A stretch of 64,000 bases of DNA, taken from contig JAGBES010000001.1 of assembly GCA_017936845.1 (NCBI GenBank), positions 11,026-75,025 on the forward strand. Reading direction: 5' to 3'. The position numbers were made by a program, and so were the translations under genes. Below, one piece after another: positions 28,686 to 37,398 of the stretch. The notes beneath the pieces are model-generated. The model did not search any database and was not told the origin of the DNA. It saw only the letters and a program-made list of their open reading frames with translations. The stretch comes from Bacilli bacterium (lineage in GTDB: Bacteria > Bacillota_I > Bacilli_A > RF39 > UBA660). Positions within the stretch are counted from its first letter, which is position 1, and every line of letters starts with the position of its first letter.

Positions 28686-29591
28686 ATGGAATATATAATA
28701 TTTTTACTAATTGCATTTATTGCAATATTTGTAATAGCATATAGAAATAGTAGTGGAGAAACAGTATATAAATATATATCGGTTAATGCTGGAAATATCT
28801 ATAATAGATATGCTCCTTATTCTTATAAAGAAGTAAAGAAAAAAGTAAAAGAATTAGGTCAAGATTTTACTACAAAACAATATATTATTCAAATATCTGT
28901 TTTTGCTACAGCAGCAGCAATTATTACATATCTATATTTCTATAGTATAATTGTTTCTATAATATATGCTTTGATAGCAGTATCAATAATTCCATATTTA
29001 AAATATTTGAGATGCAAAAGAATATATAGTGAATTTATTTTTGAACAAATTCAAGTATATACTACAAATGTTATAATGGAATTTGCTACTACTCAATCGT
29101 TTGTAAAAGCCCTAGAGGGTGTATATGAATCTGGTGTACTTGAAGATCCAGTAAGAAGTGATGTAAAATTAATGATAGATTTAGCCTATGATAATGGTAC
29201 AATTGATGAATCAATAAAGTATTTTAACGATAAATATGATTTCTATATTGTAAAAAATACTCATCAATTATTCTTACAAATAACAAATGAAGGTTCAAAA
29301 AACTCAAGTGATGCTTTAGAAAATATGAGTCAAGATATAGATATGCTTGTTGAAGCTGTATATCGTGATAGAATAGATAGGGCTTCGTTTCATAAAAAAT
29401 TTATTAGATTTGGTATAATTTTATATTTAATGGTAATGTTGGTTCAATTTTTACTAGGGACTATAAGTTATATTGAACTTTTAAATAGCAATATAGCAGT
29501 AAAATTATTGTTACATTTGATAATTATAATAAATAGTTATTTCTTACTTAATGGTGAAAAATTTTATAATGAGAATGTGGGGGCTGAATAA
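28686..29591 (+). CDS. tadB: TadB-like pilus platform protein (single T2SSF/GspF-like domain)
   Basis: The topology fits TadB: an N-terminal TM, two central TMs, a helical cytoplasmic domain of ~110 aa, then C-terminal TMs. It lies directly after the ATPase. Confidence 0.6.
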   Translation: MEYIIFLLIAFIAIFVIAYRNSSGETVYKYISVNAGNIYNRYAPYSYKEVKKKVKELGQDFTTKQYIIQISVFATAAAIITYLYFYSIIVSIIYALIAVSIIPYLKYLRCKRIYSEFIFEQIQVYTTNVIMEFATTQSFVKALEGVYESGVLEDPVRSDVKLMIDLAYDNGTIDESIKYFNDKYDFYIVKNTHQLFLQITNEGSKNSSDALENMSQDIDMLVEAVYRDRIDRASFHKKFIRFGIILYLMVMLVQFLLGTISYIELLNSNIAVKLLLHLIIIINSYFLLNGEKFYNENVGAE

Positions 29592-30385
29592 TGGAACTTG
29601 TATTAATAGTTATAATAATATTATTTATATTAATTTATACAAAAAGGGTTGACTCAAAAAAATTCTTTTATGATGTTGAACCATATTTTAAAATGTTAAT
29701 GGAAGATGATTATGAATTTTTACTAAAGGTTAGATATGGTAAAGAAGAACAAATAGATGTTGCTAAACTATTTAACATAAGGCTTAGAAATGCTGCAATA
29801 ATATTTGTTTTAGTAATTGCTTTCTTCTTATTTACATCAAATTTCTCATTTATAAATGTATTAGTAGCATTTATATTAGCTGTTGTAATGTTTAAATTCC
29901 CATATTTAAAATTACAAAGTTACTATAAAGCTAATTTATCCAAGATAAATCAAATGTTACCATATTATTTAAAAAGTTTGGAAATTTTAATCCAACATTA
30001 TACAGTTCCAGTAGCACTTGCTAAATCTGTAGATTCATCACCAGATATATTTAAACCAGGATTAAAGAAACTAATATCAAGGATTGAAGAAGGAGATTCA
30101 AGTATAGATCCATATATGGATTTTGCTAAAGAATATCCTGTTAGAGATTCAATGCGAATGATGAGACTTTTATATCGTTTAAGTTTAGGTGCACAAGAAA
30201 ACAAACAAGAACAATTGGTAATGTTTTCAAAAAATGTATCAGTATTACAAAATAAAATGCGTGAAGAAAAATATAAAGAACGTTTAGAAAAAATGGAACA
30301 AAAAACAATGATGATGTTATTTACAACAGGTGGAGGAATCTTAGTACTTTTAATGTTTGCAATGATGAACATGATGAGCGTATAG
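29591..30385 (+). CDS. tadC: TadC-like pilus platform protein (T2SSF/GspF-like domain)
   Basis: LPYYLKSLEILIQHYTVPVALAKSV...LKKLISRIEEGDSSIDPYMDFAKEYP...MRMMRLLYRL follows the T2SSF pattern (lP..l..l...l.aG.s...Al ... l..G.s...al..fa). A C-terminal TM is present. ATGA overlap with the upstream gene. Confidence 0.7.
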   Translation: MELVLIVIIILFILIYTKRVDSKKFFYDVEPYFKMLMEDDYEFLLKVRYGKEEQIDVAKLFNIRLRNAAIIFVLVIAFFLFTSNFSFINVLVAFILAVVMFKFPYLKLQSYYKANLSKINQMLPYYLKSLEILIQHYTVPVALAKSVDSSPDIFKPGLKKLISRIEEGDSSIDPYMDFAKEYPVRDSMRMMRLLYRLSLGAQENKQEQLVMFSKNVSVLQNKMREEKYKERLEKMEQKTMMMLFTTGGGILVLLMFAMMNMMSV

Positions 30386-30408
30386 TGTAAAATCCTTTAC
30401 AATAAGTG

Positions 30409-30437
30409 TTGATAAAATAATAAATTTGATATATAAT
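30409..30437 (+). promoter_or_regulatory. Sigma-A type promoter in front of the pilin gene
   Basis: TTGATA, 17 nt, TATAAT, about 40 nt upstream of the strong RBS AAGGGTGGTGA and the ATG at 30476. Confidence 0.6.
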
Positions 30438-30475
30438 AAAAATGTATAGTAATATAAAATAAGGGTGGTGATAAA

Positions 30476-30709
30476 ATGAAAGAAGCAGCAGGAGAAGCAA
30501 ATATGACAGTAATAACAATAGTTTTAATAGCAGTAGTATTAGCTGCAGGAACTTTAATAGTAAATAATATGATGAAATCAACTAAAAAAAGTTCATGTTG
30601 TACATCAAATGGTGGTGTATGGAGAGGTGGAACATGCTACGCAACTTGTTCATCAGAAACAGGAACGTCAGGTTGCTCAGGTAGTGTTTCAACTACATGT
30701 ACAGAATAA
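30476..30709 (+). CDS. Flp-like major pilin candidate with Cys-rich C-terminal tail
   Basis: 77 aa: MKEAAG|EANMTVITIVLIAVVLAAGTLIV, then SSCCTSNGGVWRGGTCYATCSSETGTSGCSGSVSTTCTE (6 Cys). It has its own promoter and a strong RBS. Its position after tadC and before the TadE-like genes mirrors flp in Tad loci. Confidence 0.6.
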   Translation: MKEAAGEANMTVITIVLIAVVLAAGTLIVNNMMKSTKKSSCCTSNGGVWRGGTCYATCSSETGTSGCSGSVSTTCTE

Positions 30710-30730
30710 TTTAAGTTAAGAGGTGTACTA

Positions 30731-31147
30731 ATGAAGCAAGGAATAGGATTTTCTGTAACAATTAATATAATGGCTATATTTATAGTGGTTACTTTTGCTT
30801 TTTTAGTAACCTCTTTAAATTATTATAAAGCATATAAAATTAATAATGCTATTTCAGATAGTATTGAAAAATATGAGGGTTATAATGAATTAGCTATTAA
30901 AGAAATTGATTCAAAACTATCAAGTCTTGGATATATAGATAATAAAGCAGGATGTAATAATAATAATTTATCATTCAATGATTCTACTTATAAAAATAGC
31001 TATTGTATTTATGAAGAAACAACAAAAAATAATAAATTCAAATATAAAGTTGTAACTTATATAAATTTTAATATACCAATTGTTAATAAAGTTATAAATC
31101 TTCCTGTAAAAACAACTACGGAATCAATATATTATTTTAGTGAATAG
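30731..31147 (+). CDS. TadE-like minor pilin / pseudopilin
   Basis: MKQGIG|FSVTINIMAIFIVVTFAFLV class-III-like signal. 138 aa. Paralogous to the next gene (shared SL.YYKAYKI/SLSYSKSYRI and YKYKVVTYINFNIPI/YKYYKVITFMKFEFPI). Confidence 0.6.
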   Translation: MKQGIGFSVTINIMAIFIVVTFAFLVTSLNYYKAYKINNAISDSIEKYEGYNELAIKEIDSKLSSLGYIDNKAGCNNNNLSFNDSTYKNSYCIYEETTKNNKFKYKVVTYINFNIPIVNKVINLPVKTTTESIYYFSE

Positions 31148-31159
31148 GAGTGATGTTTA

Positions 31160-31594
31160 ATGAGAGAAGCTACAGGTAATGCACTTTTAGTAGGTATGGT
31201 GACTTCTATGATAGCTGTAATAATGATATTTTTCGTAGGTTCTTTAAGTTATTCTAAATCTTATAGAATAAAAAATTATATTATTAATAGTATAGAAGAA
31301 AAGGGAGAATGGAATGATAGTATGTCTAATGAAATAGACGATTATTTAAAAAATGTTGGATATAATGTCAGAAAAGGTGAAAATAAGTGTCCTGATGTTA
31401 AATCTAACACAAATAATTGTTTATTACTTACTACTAGTAATTCTGGTTATGATTATTGTGTATATGGATGTAATGATGGTTCTTATAAATATTATAAAGT
31501 TATAACTTTTATGAAATTTGAATTTCCTATAATAAGTGAAACACTTAAATTTAAGGTACAAGGAGAAACAAAATCTTTTAATGAATTTAATTAG
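31160..31594 (+). CDS. TadE-like minor pilin / pseudopilin
   Basis: MREATG|NALLVGMVTSMIAVIMIFFVG class-III-like signal. 144 aa. Paralog of 30731..31147. Confidence 0.6.
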   Translation: MREATGNALLVGMVTSMIAVIMIFFVGSLSYSKSYRIKNYIINSIEEKGEWNDSMSNEIDDYLKNVGYNVRKGENKCPDVKSNTNNCLLLTTSNSGYDYCVYGCNDGSYKYYKVITFMKFEFPIISETLKFKVQGETKSFNEFN

Positions 31595-31611
31595 AATAAT
31601 GGGGTGATAGT

Positions 31612-32598
31612 GTGAATGTAATTGTTTCAAATAAAAAGCAACAAATGTTACAAAATTTGAATATTGAAATAATAAAAGAATTAAATGGAGAATTTGAAGT
31701 TGATGATTTAATTAATAATTTTAAAAATTTTTTCTTTCAAAGAATGATATTAGATATAACAGCTTTAAAAAATTATAAAGATATAAAAACTATTCAAAAA
31801 TTATCAGTATCGTTAGATATGAATAAAGTTATATTAGTTCTAGATGAAAATTCAAACACTGTATCACCTGAATACATGTCTCAATTAATTTCATTAGGAA
31901 TATATAATTTTACTACTAATTTAGATGGCATAATTTATCTTTGTAATAGTCCAAATTCATATAGAGATGTGGCACATCTTCATATGATAGATATACCTAT
32001 TGTTAATAATCAACCTGTAGAAACTAAAACAAATACAGTTTATGTAGATAGATATGTTGAAGTTGAACCAACTATTAAAAGTTGTAGAATAATTGGAATA
32101 AAAAATGTAACGAAACAATCAGGTTCAACTACTTTTACATATATGATGAAAAAAATGCTTTCAAAAGCATATTCTGTTGTAGCTATCGAAGTTGAAAAAT
32201 CAGATTTTAGATTTTTTAATGATCATGATCTTGTTTCATCAACAAATAGTAACATAGGTAATATTGTAAATAAAAATAAAGATAAAGATGTTATTTTAAT
32301 CGATGTTAATAATAGTGAAAATGCTATTGGATTATGTGATGATGTAATATATTTATTAGAACCTTCAATGGTAAAATTAAATAGATTAATGATAGTTAAT
32401 CCTAAAATATTAGCGGAAATAAAAGATGAAAAAGTTATTTTAAATCAAAGCCTTTTAACTGAAAAAGATGTAAATGATTTTGAAAATGAATCGAGATTAA
32501 AAATCTTTTATAATATGCCACCACTAGATGAAAGAAAAGAAAATATAGAAGAATTAAGTCAATTTTTAAATAAATTGGGTTTTACAAAGTTAAATTAA
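31612..32598 (+). CDS. tadZ: TadZ/CpaE-like protein (pseudo-receiver domain + degenerate ParA/MinD ATPase)
   Basis: The N-terminal ~110 aa have a receiver-like alternating pattern. The C-terminal half has IIGIKNVTKQSGSTTFTYMMKKML (a degenerate deviant Walker A) and DVILIDVNNS (Walker B-like), the architecture described for TadZ. Confidence 0.55.
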   Translation: MNVIVSNKKQQMLQNLNIEIIKELNGEFEVDDLINNFKNFFFQRMILDITALKNYKDIKTIQKLSVSLDMNKVILVLDENSNTVSPEYMSQLISLGIYNFTTNLDGIIYLCNSPNSYRDVAHLHMIDIPIVNNQPVETKTNTVYVDRYVEVEPTIKSCRIIGIKNVTKQSGSTTFTYMMKKMLSKAYSVVAIEVEKSDFRFFNDHDLVSSTNSNIGNIVNKNKDKDVILIDVNNSENAIGLCDDVIYLLEPSMVKLNRLMIVNPKILAEIKDEKVILNQSLLTEKDVNDFENESRLKIFYNMPPLDERKENIEELSQFLNKLGFTKLN

Positions 32599-32609
32599 TG
32601 TCAACAATA

Positions 32610-32638
32610 TTGACAAAATATTAAAAATAAAGTATTAT
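32610..32638 (+). promoter_or_regulatory. Sigma-A type promoter of the T4SS module, overlapped by an inverted repeat
   Basis: TTGACA, 17 nt, TATTAT. The -35 hexamer is the right arm of the perfect inverted repeat TGTCAA-caata-TTGACA (32599-32615), a possible operator. Confidence 0.55.
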
Positions 32639-32685
32639 TAGATTGTTAGATGAGTTCATCTATTAATCTTAGAGGAGGGTTAAAT

Positions 32686-33027
32686 ATGTTTTTATTAGAA
32701 TGTGGAATATCTATAGATCCTATTGTTCCTGGTATTACTAGTACAATTGTAACTGTAATCAAATGGGCAATTCCAATAATTTTAATTATTTTAGGTCTTT
32801 TAGATATGGCTAAAGCAGTAATAGCAAATGAAGAAAAAGAGATGAAGGAAGCACAAAAAATGCTAATTAAAAGAATTATTTATGCTGTAGTAGCATTCTT
32901 AGTTGTAGCTTTAGTTCAAGCTGTGTTTGGATTATTAGCAAAAGCAGATACAAATGGTCAAAATGCTTCTAATGCAACTCAATGTATAAATTGCTTTATT
33001 AACAATAAGGATTGTGCAAGTCAATAA
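32686..33027 (+). CDS. VirB2/TrbC-like small two-TM 'pilin-like' conjugal transfer protein
   Basis: RBS GAGGAGGG precedes the ATG at 32686. It has two TM helices separated by the charged loop ANEEKEMKEAQKMLIKR, and a C-terminal tail with 3 Cys. It has its own promoter and terminator. Confidence 0.6.
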   Translation: MFLLECGISIDPIVPGITSTIVTVIKWAIPIILIILGLLDMAKAVIANEEKEMKEAQKMLIKRIIYAVVAFLVVALVQAVFGLLAKADTNGQNASNATQCINCFINNKDCASQ

Positions 33028-33036
33028 AATTTATTA

Positions 33037-33071
33037 AACAATAGAAATAATCTTTTCTATTGTTTTTTTTT
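33037..33071 (+). terminator. Intrinsic terminator / attenuator after the small VirB2-like gene
   Basis: AAACAATAGAAA-taatct-TTTCTATTGTTT hairpin followed by a T-run. Confidence 0.65.
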
Positions 33072-33116
33072 ATGTTATAATGTATATGTGTAAAAATATA
33101 TTTTTTGAGGTGCAAA

Positions 33117-34271
33117 ATGAAAAAAAAGTTAATATATATGTTAATATTATTTATAAGTTTATTTGTTTTTAATAACATAGAAGCAGTAAAAGCAGTTAAT
33201 GAAAATGATATAGCAGAAAAAACTACTCAGAATAATGGGATAACTTGCTCATATTATTTTTCTGATGATAGTTTGAGAGGATATAGTAATAGTTTTTATG
33301 TTAATTGTTATTTTTATAAATCAAATTTAAGTTATAGTAAATACTGTTTTTATAATGGTAATAAAATAAGTTTGGAAAATTGGGGAAGTATAAAAGGTAC
33401 AGATTTCAAGTTAAATAATTATATTAAAAGTCAAAATATTTGTCCTAAATATGCAATTTCAAATTATAAAAAGATTATTTTGGCTGATAGTGAAACAACA
33501 AAAAGTAATATAATAGAAAATAATGAAAATTATCAAAAGTTTAATCACACTGGAACTATATCAACAACATCAAAAACAGAAGAAGAAAAAAAAATGTGTT
33601 ATGAAGATTTAAATACAAATGTTTCTAATATTGAAAATATTATAAATAAATATGATTTTGAAACATGTAGTAAAAATAGTAATGGTGTTACTAATTTGAC
33701 ATCTTGTGAAAGTCAATTAGGATCATTGAAAACTTTTATTGATGGTTTTAATAAAAAATATGACGAATATTCGAAAATTAATTGTATTGATATTAATTCT
33801 CAAAATATTAAGCAATTAAAGACTAGTGTTGATTCTGCACAGAAATTTTATGATACTAAAAACACTGAATTGTTAGCTAAAAAGTGTGAAGAAAATCATA
33901 GTCTTGGTGTAAAATGTACAGATGAACAAGAGGAAGCATTAGTTGAAGTAACAAGAAAATATAATAGCGGATGCAACATTTTTGGTAATGAAGGTAGTAA
34001 AACTAGAAAATATATAAAATGGGCAATTAATATAATAAGATATGCAATCCCATTAATAATTGTAATATTTGGAATAACAGATTATTTAGGAGCATTATTT
34101 TCAGGAGAAGAGAAAAATATGAAAGAAGCTCAAAGAAGAGTGATTATGAGAGTAGTAATAGGTATAATAGCACTTTTACTTCCTGCATTAATTAAATTAT
34201 TAGTAAATATTTCTGGTTTAATATTTAACACAGGAATTGATAGTGGAGATATTTTTTGTGATTTTATATAG
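33117..34271 (+). CDS. Cys-rich ectodomain fused to a VirB2-like two-TM hairpin
   Basis: Signal peptide MKKKLIYMLILFISLFVFNNIEAVKA. A ~300-aa Cys-rich extracellular part is followed by a C-terminal hairpin, IRYAIPLIIVIFGITDYLGALFSGEEKNMKEAQRRVIMRVVIGIIALLLPALI. This hairpin is paralogous to 32686..33027 (IPIILIILGLLDMAKAVIANEEKEMKEAQKMLIKRIIYAVVAFLV). Confidence 0.6.
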   Translation: MKKKLIYMLILFISLFVFNNIEAVKAVNENDIAEKTTQNNGITCSYYFSDDSLRGYSNSFYVNCYFYKSNLSYSKYCFYNGNKISLENWGSIKGTDFKLNNYIKSQNICPKYAISNYKKIILADSETTKSNIIENNENYQKFNHTGTISTTSKTEEEKKMCYEDLNTNVSNIENIINKYDFETCSKNSNGVTNLTSCESQLGSLKTFIDGFNKKYDEYSKINCIDINSQNIKQLKTSVDSAQKFYDTKNTELLAKKCEENHSLGVKCTDEQEEALVEVTRKYNSGCNIFGNEGSKTRKYIKWAINIIRYAIPLIIVIFGITDYLGALFSGEEKNMKEAQRRVIMRVVIGIIALLLPALIKLLVNISGLIFNTGIDSGDIFCDFI

Positions 34272-34288
34272 AATAAAGGAGGTAAAAT

Positions 34289-36538
34289 ATGGTTCAGATT
34301 AGAGGCTTTTTTGCATCAATTGATAACTTTATTTATAGTTTTATTTCTATAGTATTTAATGTTATTGAATATTTGGCGCAAATTGATTTGTTTAGCAATG
34401 AAACTATAAATGGATTCACAACAAGAATATATACTATTTTAGGTATATTTATGTTATTTAAAGTTAGTTTTTCGTTTATAAGTTATTTGGTAGATCCTGA
34501 TAAATTTATGGATAAGAAAACTGGTTTTTCTAAAATGATTGTAAATATTATAGTAGTTTTTATATTATTAATTAGTGTTCCATGGGTATTTTCAACATTA
34601 AAAGGAGTTCAAAATGCTATTTTAGAAGATGAAATCATATCTAATTTTATACTGGGCGAAGATATGACTTCTATTTCATCTGAAAATGGAACAAGAAAAT
34701 ATGCTTTCAAATACGATCAAGCTTGTGATTCATATTCATATGCTAAAACTTCTGGTGATTATTTTGCAATAGCGCTACTTAGACCTTTTTATCAGTATTC
34801 TGATAGATATTTATCTAATTCTGGTGATGATAGTATTGCTGATACCACTGAAGATGCATTAAGAAAAAACGGTGTTTTATGTGCTAAAATTGATAATCAT
34901 GAATATTTAACTCCAAATGATATGTTAAATTATAAAGTTTTTTTAGCCACAAAAAATATGAGTGCAGAGGGTGCTTATATATTTGATGTGGCAGTAGATG
35001 CGATAGATACGACTGGTGTTGTAACAGCATTATCATTAAATTTTCAAGTAAGATATATGTTTTTTATTTCAACTATTGTAGGAATACTTGTTTTAGGATT
35101 ATTAATATCATTTGGTCTTGATATAGCAGTTAGATCCATAAAAATGAGTGTTTTACAAATATTGGCACCTATTCCAATTATATCTTATGTTGATCCTGAT
35201 AGTTCAAAGCATAAAATGTTTACTAACTGGTTAAAAGAAATTGGTAAAACTTGGGTTTCATTATTTATAAGACTTGGGACATTATATTTAATAATTTATA
35301 TATTAGAGATACTTGAAGTATCAAATATTTATAAAAATATTCCTGGGAAATTGTGGGTGTGGATAACATTATTTTATTTAATAGGAGCATTAATATTTGC
35401 TAAAAAGTTACCTTCATGGATTGAGTCTATGATAGGAATTAAATTTGATGGAGGATTTACATTAAACCCACTAAAGAAAATAAAAAATGAAGCACTAGGC
35501 GGAAAACAGGTTGCTAATGCTACAATGGGAGCTATAGGGGCAGGAGTTGGTCTTGCTGGATCGGTAGCAGCTCATAGCTTAGCTTATAATGCTAATAGAA
35601 AAAAGCTGAATACTGAAACTTCAAAATTAAATGATATAAGAAATAATAGAATACAGGGTATTCAAAATTATAGAAATATAAAAGCAGCAAGAAGAGAATC
35701 AATTGGAAAAGAAATGAATTCATTAGCGGGAAGAATTGAAGCATTAGATGCTTCTGGACGCGGGGATACAGCTTTAGCAGCATCATTAAGACATCAATAT
35801 AATGAAAAAGCCTCTCAGTTTCATAATATTAATAATGATGAAGAAGTAGCAACAGCAAGAAGAGCAGCTTTATCAAATGCTAAAGTTGAAAGAGAAAAAT
35901 ATGCTGAACAACAAGCAAAGGTTGATGAAATTGCTAAAAAACCAATGATGAAAAATCCTATTGGTAGTGCAGCAGGAGAAATAGCTAGAGGATTTGTTGG
36001 TGGAGCAAAACATGCTTATCAAGCTGATACTTTAAATGTTGGAAAAATAGTAAATGCTGGATTAAAAGGAACAGATGATGCTGCAAGAAAACGTAATTAT
36101 CGTGAGGATTTCTCTATAAAAGATGAATTCTATGACAGAAAGACTTCATTTGCAAGAATTAAAAATGAGTCTGGAACTTCAAGCGAAATAGATAAAGAAA
36201 TCAAGAAACTTAGAAGTGAAATGACTAGAGAAATGAATACTTTAAATCAACTTAATAATACGATTGCAAACTTATCAAACAGTGTATCAAGTGGTAAACA
36301 AGCAGAAGCAATTAGAATTACTTCAAGTAATAAAGATGATTTTGTTAGTAAATATAATTCATATGATGACTACAGAGCGAAAAACTCTAGTACTTCATTA
36401 GATAAGGATGACTTCGATAAATTGTATGAAGCTATGTCAGCTTGGGTTAGAATTCAAAAATCTATTGATGATCACGAAAAGAACATTAAGAAATACGAAA
36501 AAATGCAAGAGGCACAAAATAAAAGAGGAAAAGAATAA
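34289..36538 (+). CDS. VirB6/TrbL-like polytopic T4SS channel protein with long coiled-coil cytoplasmic tail
   Basis: 749 aa. The N-terminal ~430 aa hold at least 6 TM helices. The C-terminal ~300 aa are Ala/Lys/Glu-rich and helical. Its position between the VirB2-like and VirB3/VirB4 genes fits. Confidence 0.6.
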   Translation: MVQIRGFFASIDNFIYSFISIVFNVIEYLAQIDLFSNETINGFTTRIYTILGIFMLFKVSFSFISYLVDPDKFMDKKTGFSKMIVNIIVVFILLISVPWVFSTLKGVQNAILEDEIISNFILGEDMTSISSENGTRKYAFKYDQACDSYSYAKTSGDYFAIALLRPFYQYSDRYLSNSGDDSIADTTEDALRKNGVLCAKIDNHEYLTPNDMLNYKVFLATKNMSAEGAYIFDVAVDAIDTTGVVTALSLNFQVRYMFFISTIVGILVLGLLISFGLDIAVRSIKMSVLQILAPIPIISYVDPDSSKHKMFTNWLKEIGKTWVSLFIRLGTLYLIIYILEILEVSNIYKNIPGKLWVWITLFYLIGALIFAKKLPSWIESMIGIKFDGGFTLNPLKKIKNEALGGKQVANATMGAIGAGVGLAGSVAAHSLAYNANRKKLNTETSKLNDIRNNRIQGIQNYRNIKAARRESIGKEMNSLAGRIEALDASGRGDTALAASLRHQYNEKASQFHNINNDEEVATARRAALSNAKVEREKYAEQQAKVDEIAKKPMMKNPIGSAAGEIARGFVGGAKHAYQADTLNVGKIVNAGLKGTDDAARKRNYREDFSIKDEFYDRKTSFARIKNESGTSSEIDKEIKKLRSEMTREMNTLNQLNNTIANLSNSVSSGKQAEAIRITSSNKDDFVSKYNSYDDYRAKNSSTSLDKDDFDKLYEAMSAWVRIQKSIDDHEKNIKKYEKMQEAQNKRGKE

Positions 36539-36551
36539 GGGGATGGAATAA

Positions 36552-36875
36552 ATGAATAATGGTAGATTTTTAATACCAGCAAATTCTAAAAAATCATTGT
36601 TGATTTTTGGGATATTTAATAAATTTGATGCAATATTATTTGGAACAGGTATTGGTATAACGTTAATATTAATGATGATATTACCTATAGCAGATATAGT
36701 ATGGGCAATAGTTGCTATTGCCCCTGTTGTAATAACAGGATTTCTTGTTTTCCCTGTTCCAAATTATCATAATGTTATGACAGTTTTAATAGAAACTTGG
36801 CAATTTTTTACATCAAGGCAAAGATTCATTTGGAAAGGTTGGTGTTTTACTAGTGAAAAAGACGATAAAGAGTAA
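36552..36875 (+). CDS. VirB3/PrgI-like small membrane protein
   Basis: 107 aa. N-terminal MNNGRFLIPANSKKSLLIFGI... is followed by two TM helices. It lies immediately upstream of, and overlaps, the VirB4 N-terminal ORF. Confidence 0.6.
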   Translation: MNNGRFLIPANSKKSLLIFGIFNKFDAILFGTGIGITLILMMILPIADIVWAIVAIAPVVITGFLVFPVPNYHNVMTVLIETWQFFTSRQRFIWKGWCFTSEKDDKE

Positions 36876-37398
36876 ATATACAAATGATTTTGTACCAATA
36901 AAAAGTATAACTAATGGAATGGTTATCCTAGATAATAATAAAAAATTAACAGGAATAAAAATAATGCCTAGAAACATTTTTATTCTAGATCAAGGAACAC
37001 AAAATGCTATCATAGATAATCTAAAGAATGCTTATAATATGATAGATTATGAGTTTTGGATTATAGCAGCAGATAGACCTGTTGATATAAATTTATTTTT
37101 ATCACAACTTCAATTATTATTTAATTCAACACAAGATCAAATAAAAAGAAAAATGATTATGGAAGATATAAATAAAGCAAATTTATTTATGAATAATAAT
37201 ATTGTAGATACTGAATATTTCTTGTTATTTGTTGAAAAAGATACTGATAAGATAAATAAAAGAATAAGACAACTTATAAATGGTTTTGCTAATGCAGGTT
37301 TAACTTCACATCAAGTAACTAATGATGATTTAAGAATTATACTAGATAATTTCTTAAATGGTGGACAAACTACTACATTTGGGACGGTGATTGGATAA
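36853..37398 (+). CDS. VirB4-family ATPase, N-terminal domain encoded as a separate ORF
   Basis: FVPIKSITNGMVILDNNKKLTGIKIMPRNIFILDQGTQNAIIDNLKNAYNMIDYEFWII corresponds to the N-terminal region of single-chain Gram-positive VirB4s (as I recall Tn916 Orf16: IPYKEMFKDGICRV...TIQFEDINYQLA...IFEEWCNFLNYF). It ends in TAATG overlapping the next start. Confidence 0.6.
   Translation: MKKTIKSKYTNDFVPIKSITNGMVILDNNKKLTGIKIMPRNIFILDQGTQNAIIDNLKNAYNMIDYEFWIIAADRPVDINLFLSQLQLLFNSTQDQIKRKMIMEDINKANLFMNNNIVDTEYFLLFVEKDTDKINKRIRQLINGFANAGLTSHQVTNDDLRIILDNFLNGGQTTTFGTVIG

Noticed and set aside
30321-30581. Leu-rich 86-aa minus-strand ORF spanning the tadC end, the pilin promoter and the pilin gene start
   Set aside because: It is antisense to a strongly signalled promoter, RBS and pilin start. 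Its poly-Leu translation mirrors the Ala/Val/Ile-rich pilin helix on the other strand, and it has no RBS.
30476-30709. Alternative reading of the 77-aa Cys/Ser/Thr-rich product as a lanthipeptide or bacteriocin precursor
   Set aside because: No LanB/C/M, radical-SAM, ABC-exporter/peptidase or immunity genes are nearby. The N-terminus is a hydrophobic pilin-like helix rather than a bacteriocin leader. The gene sits exactly in the flp position of a Tad operon. This reading cannot be fully excluded without experiments.
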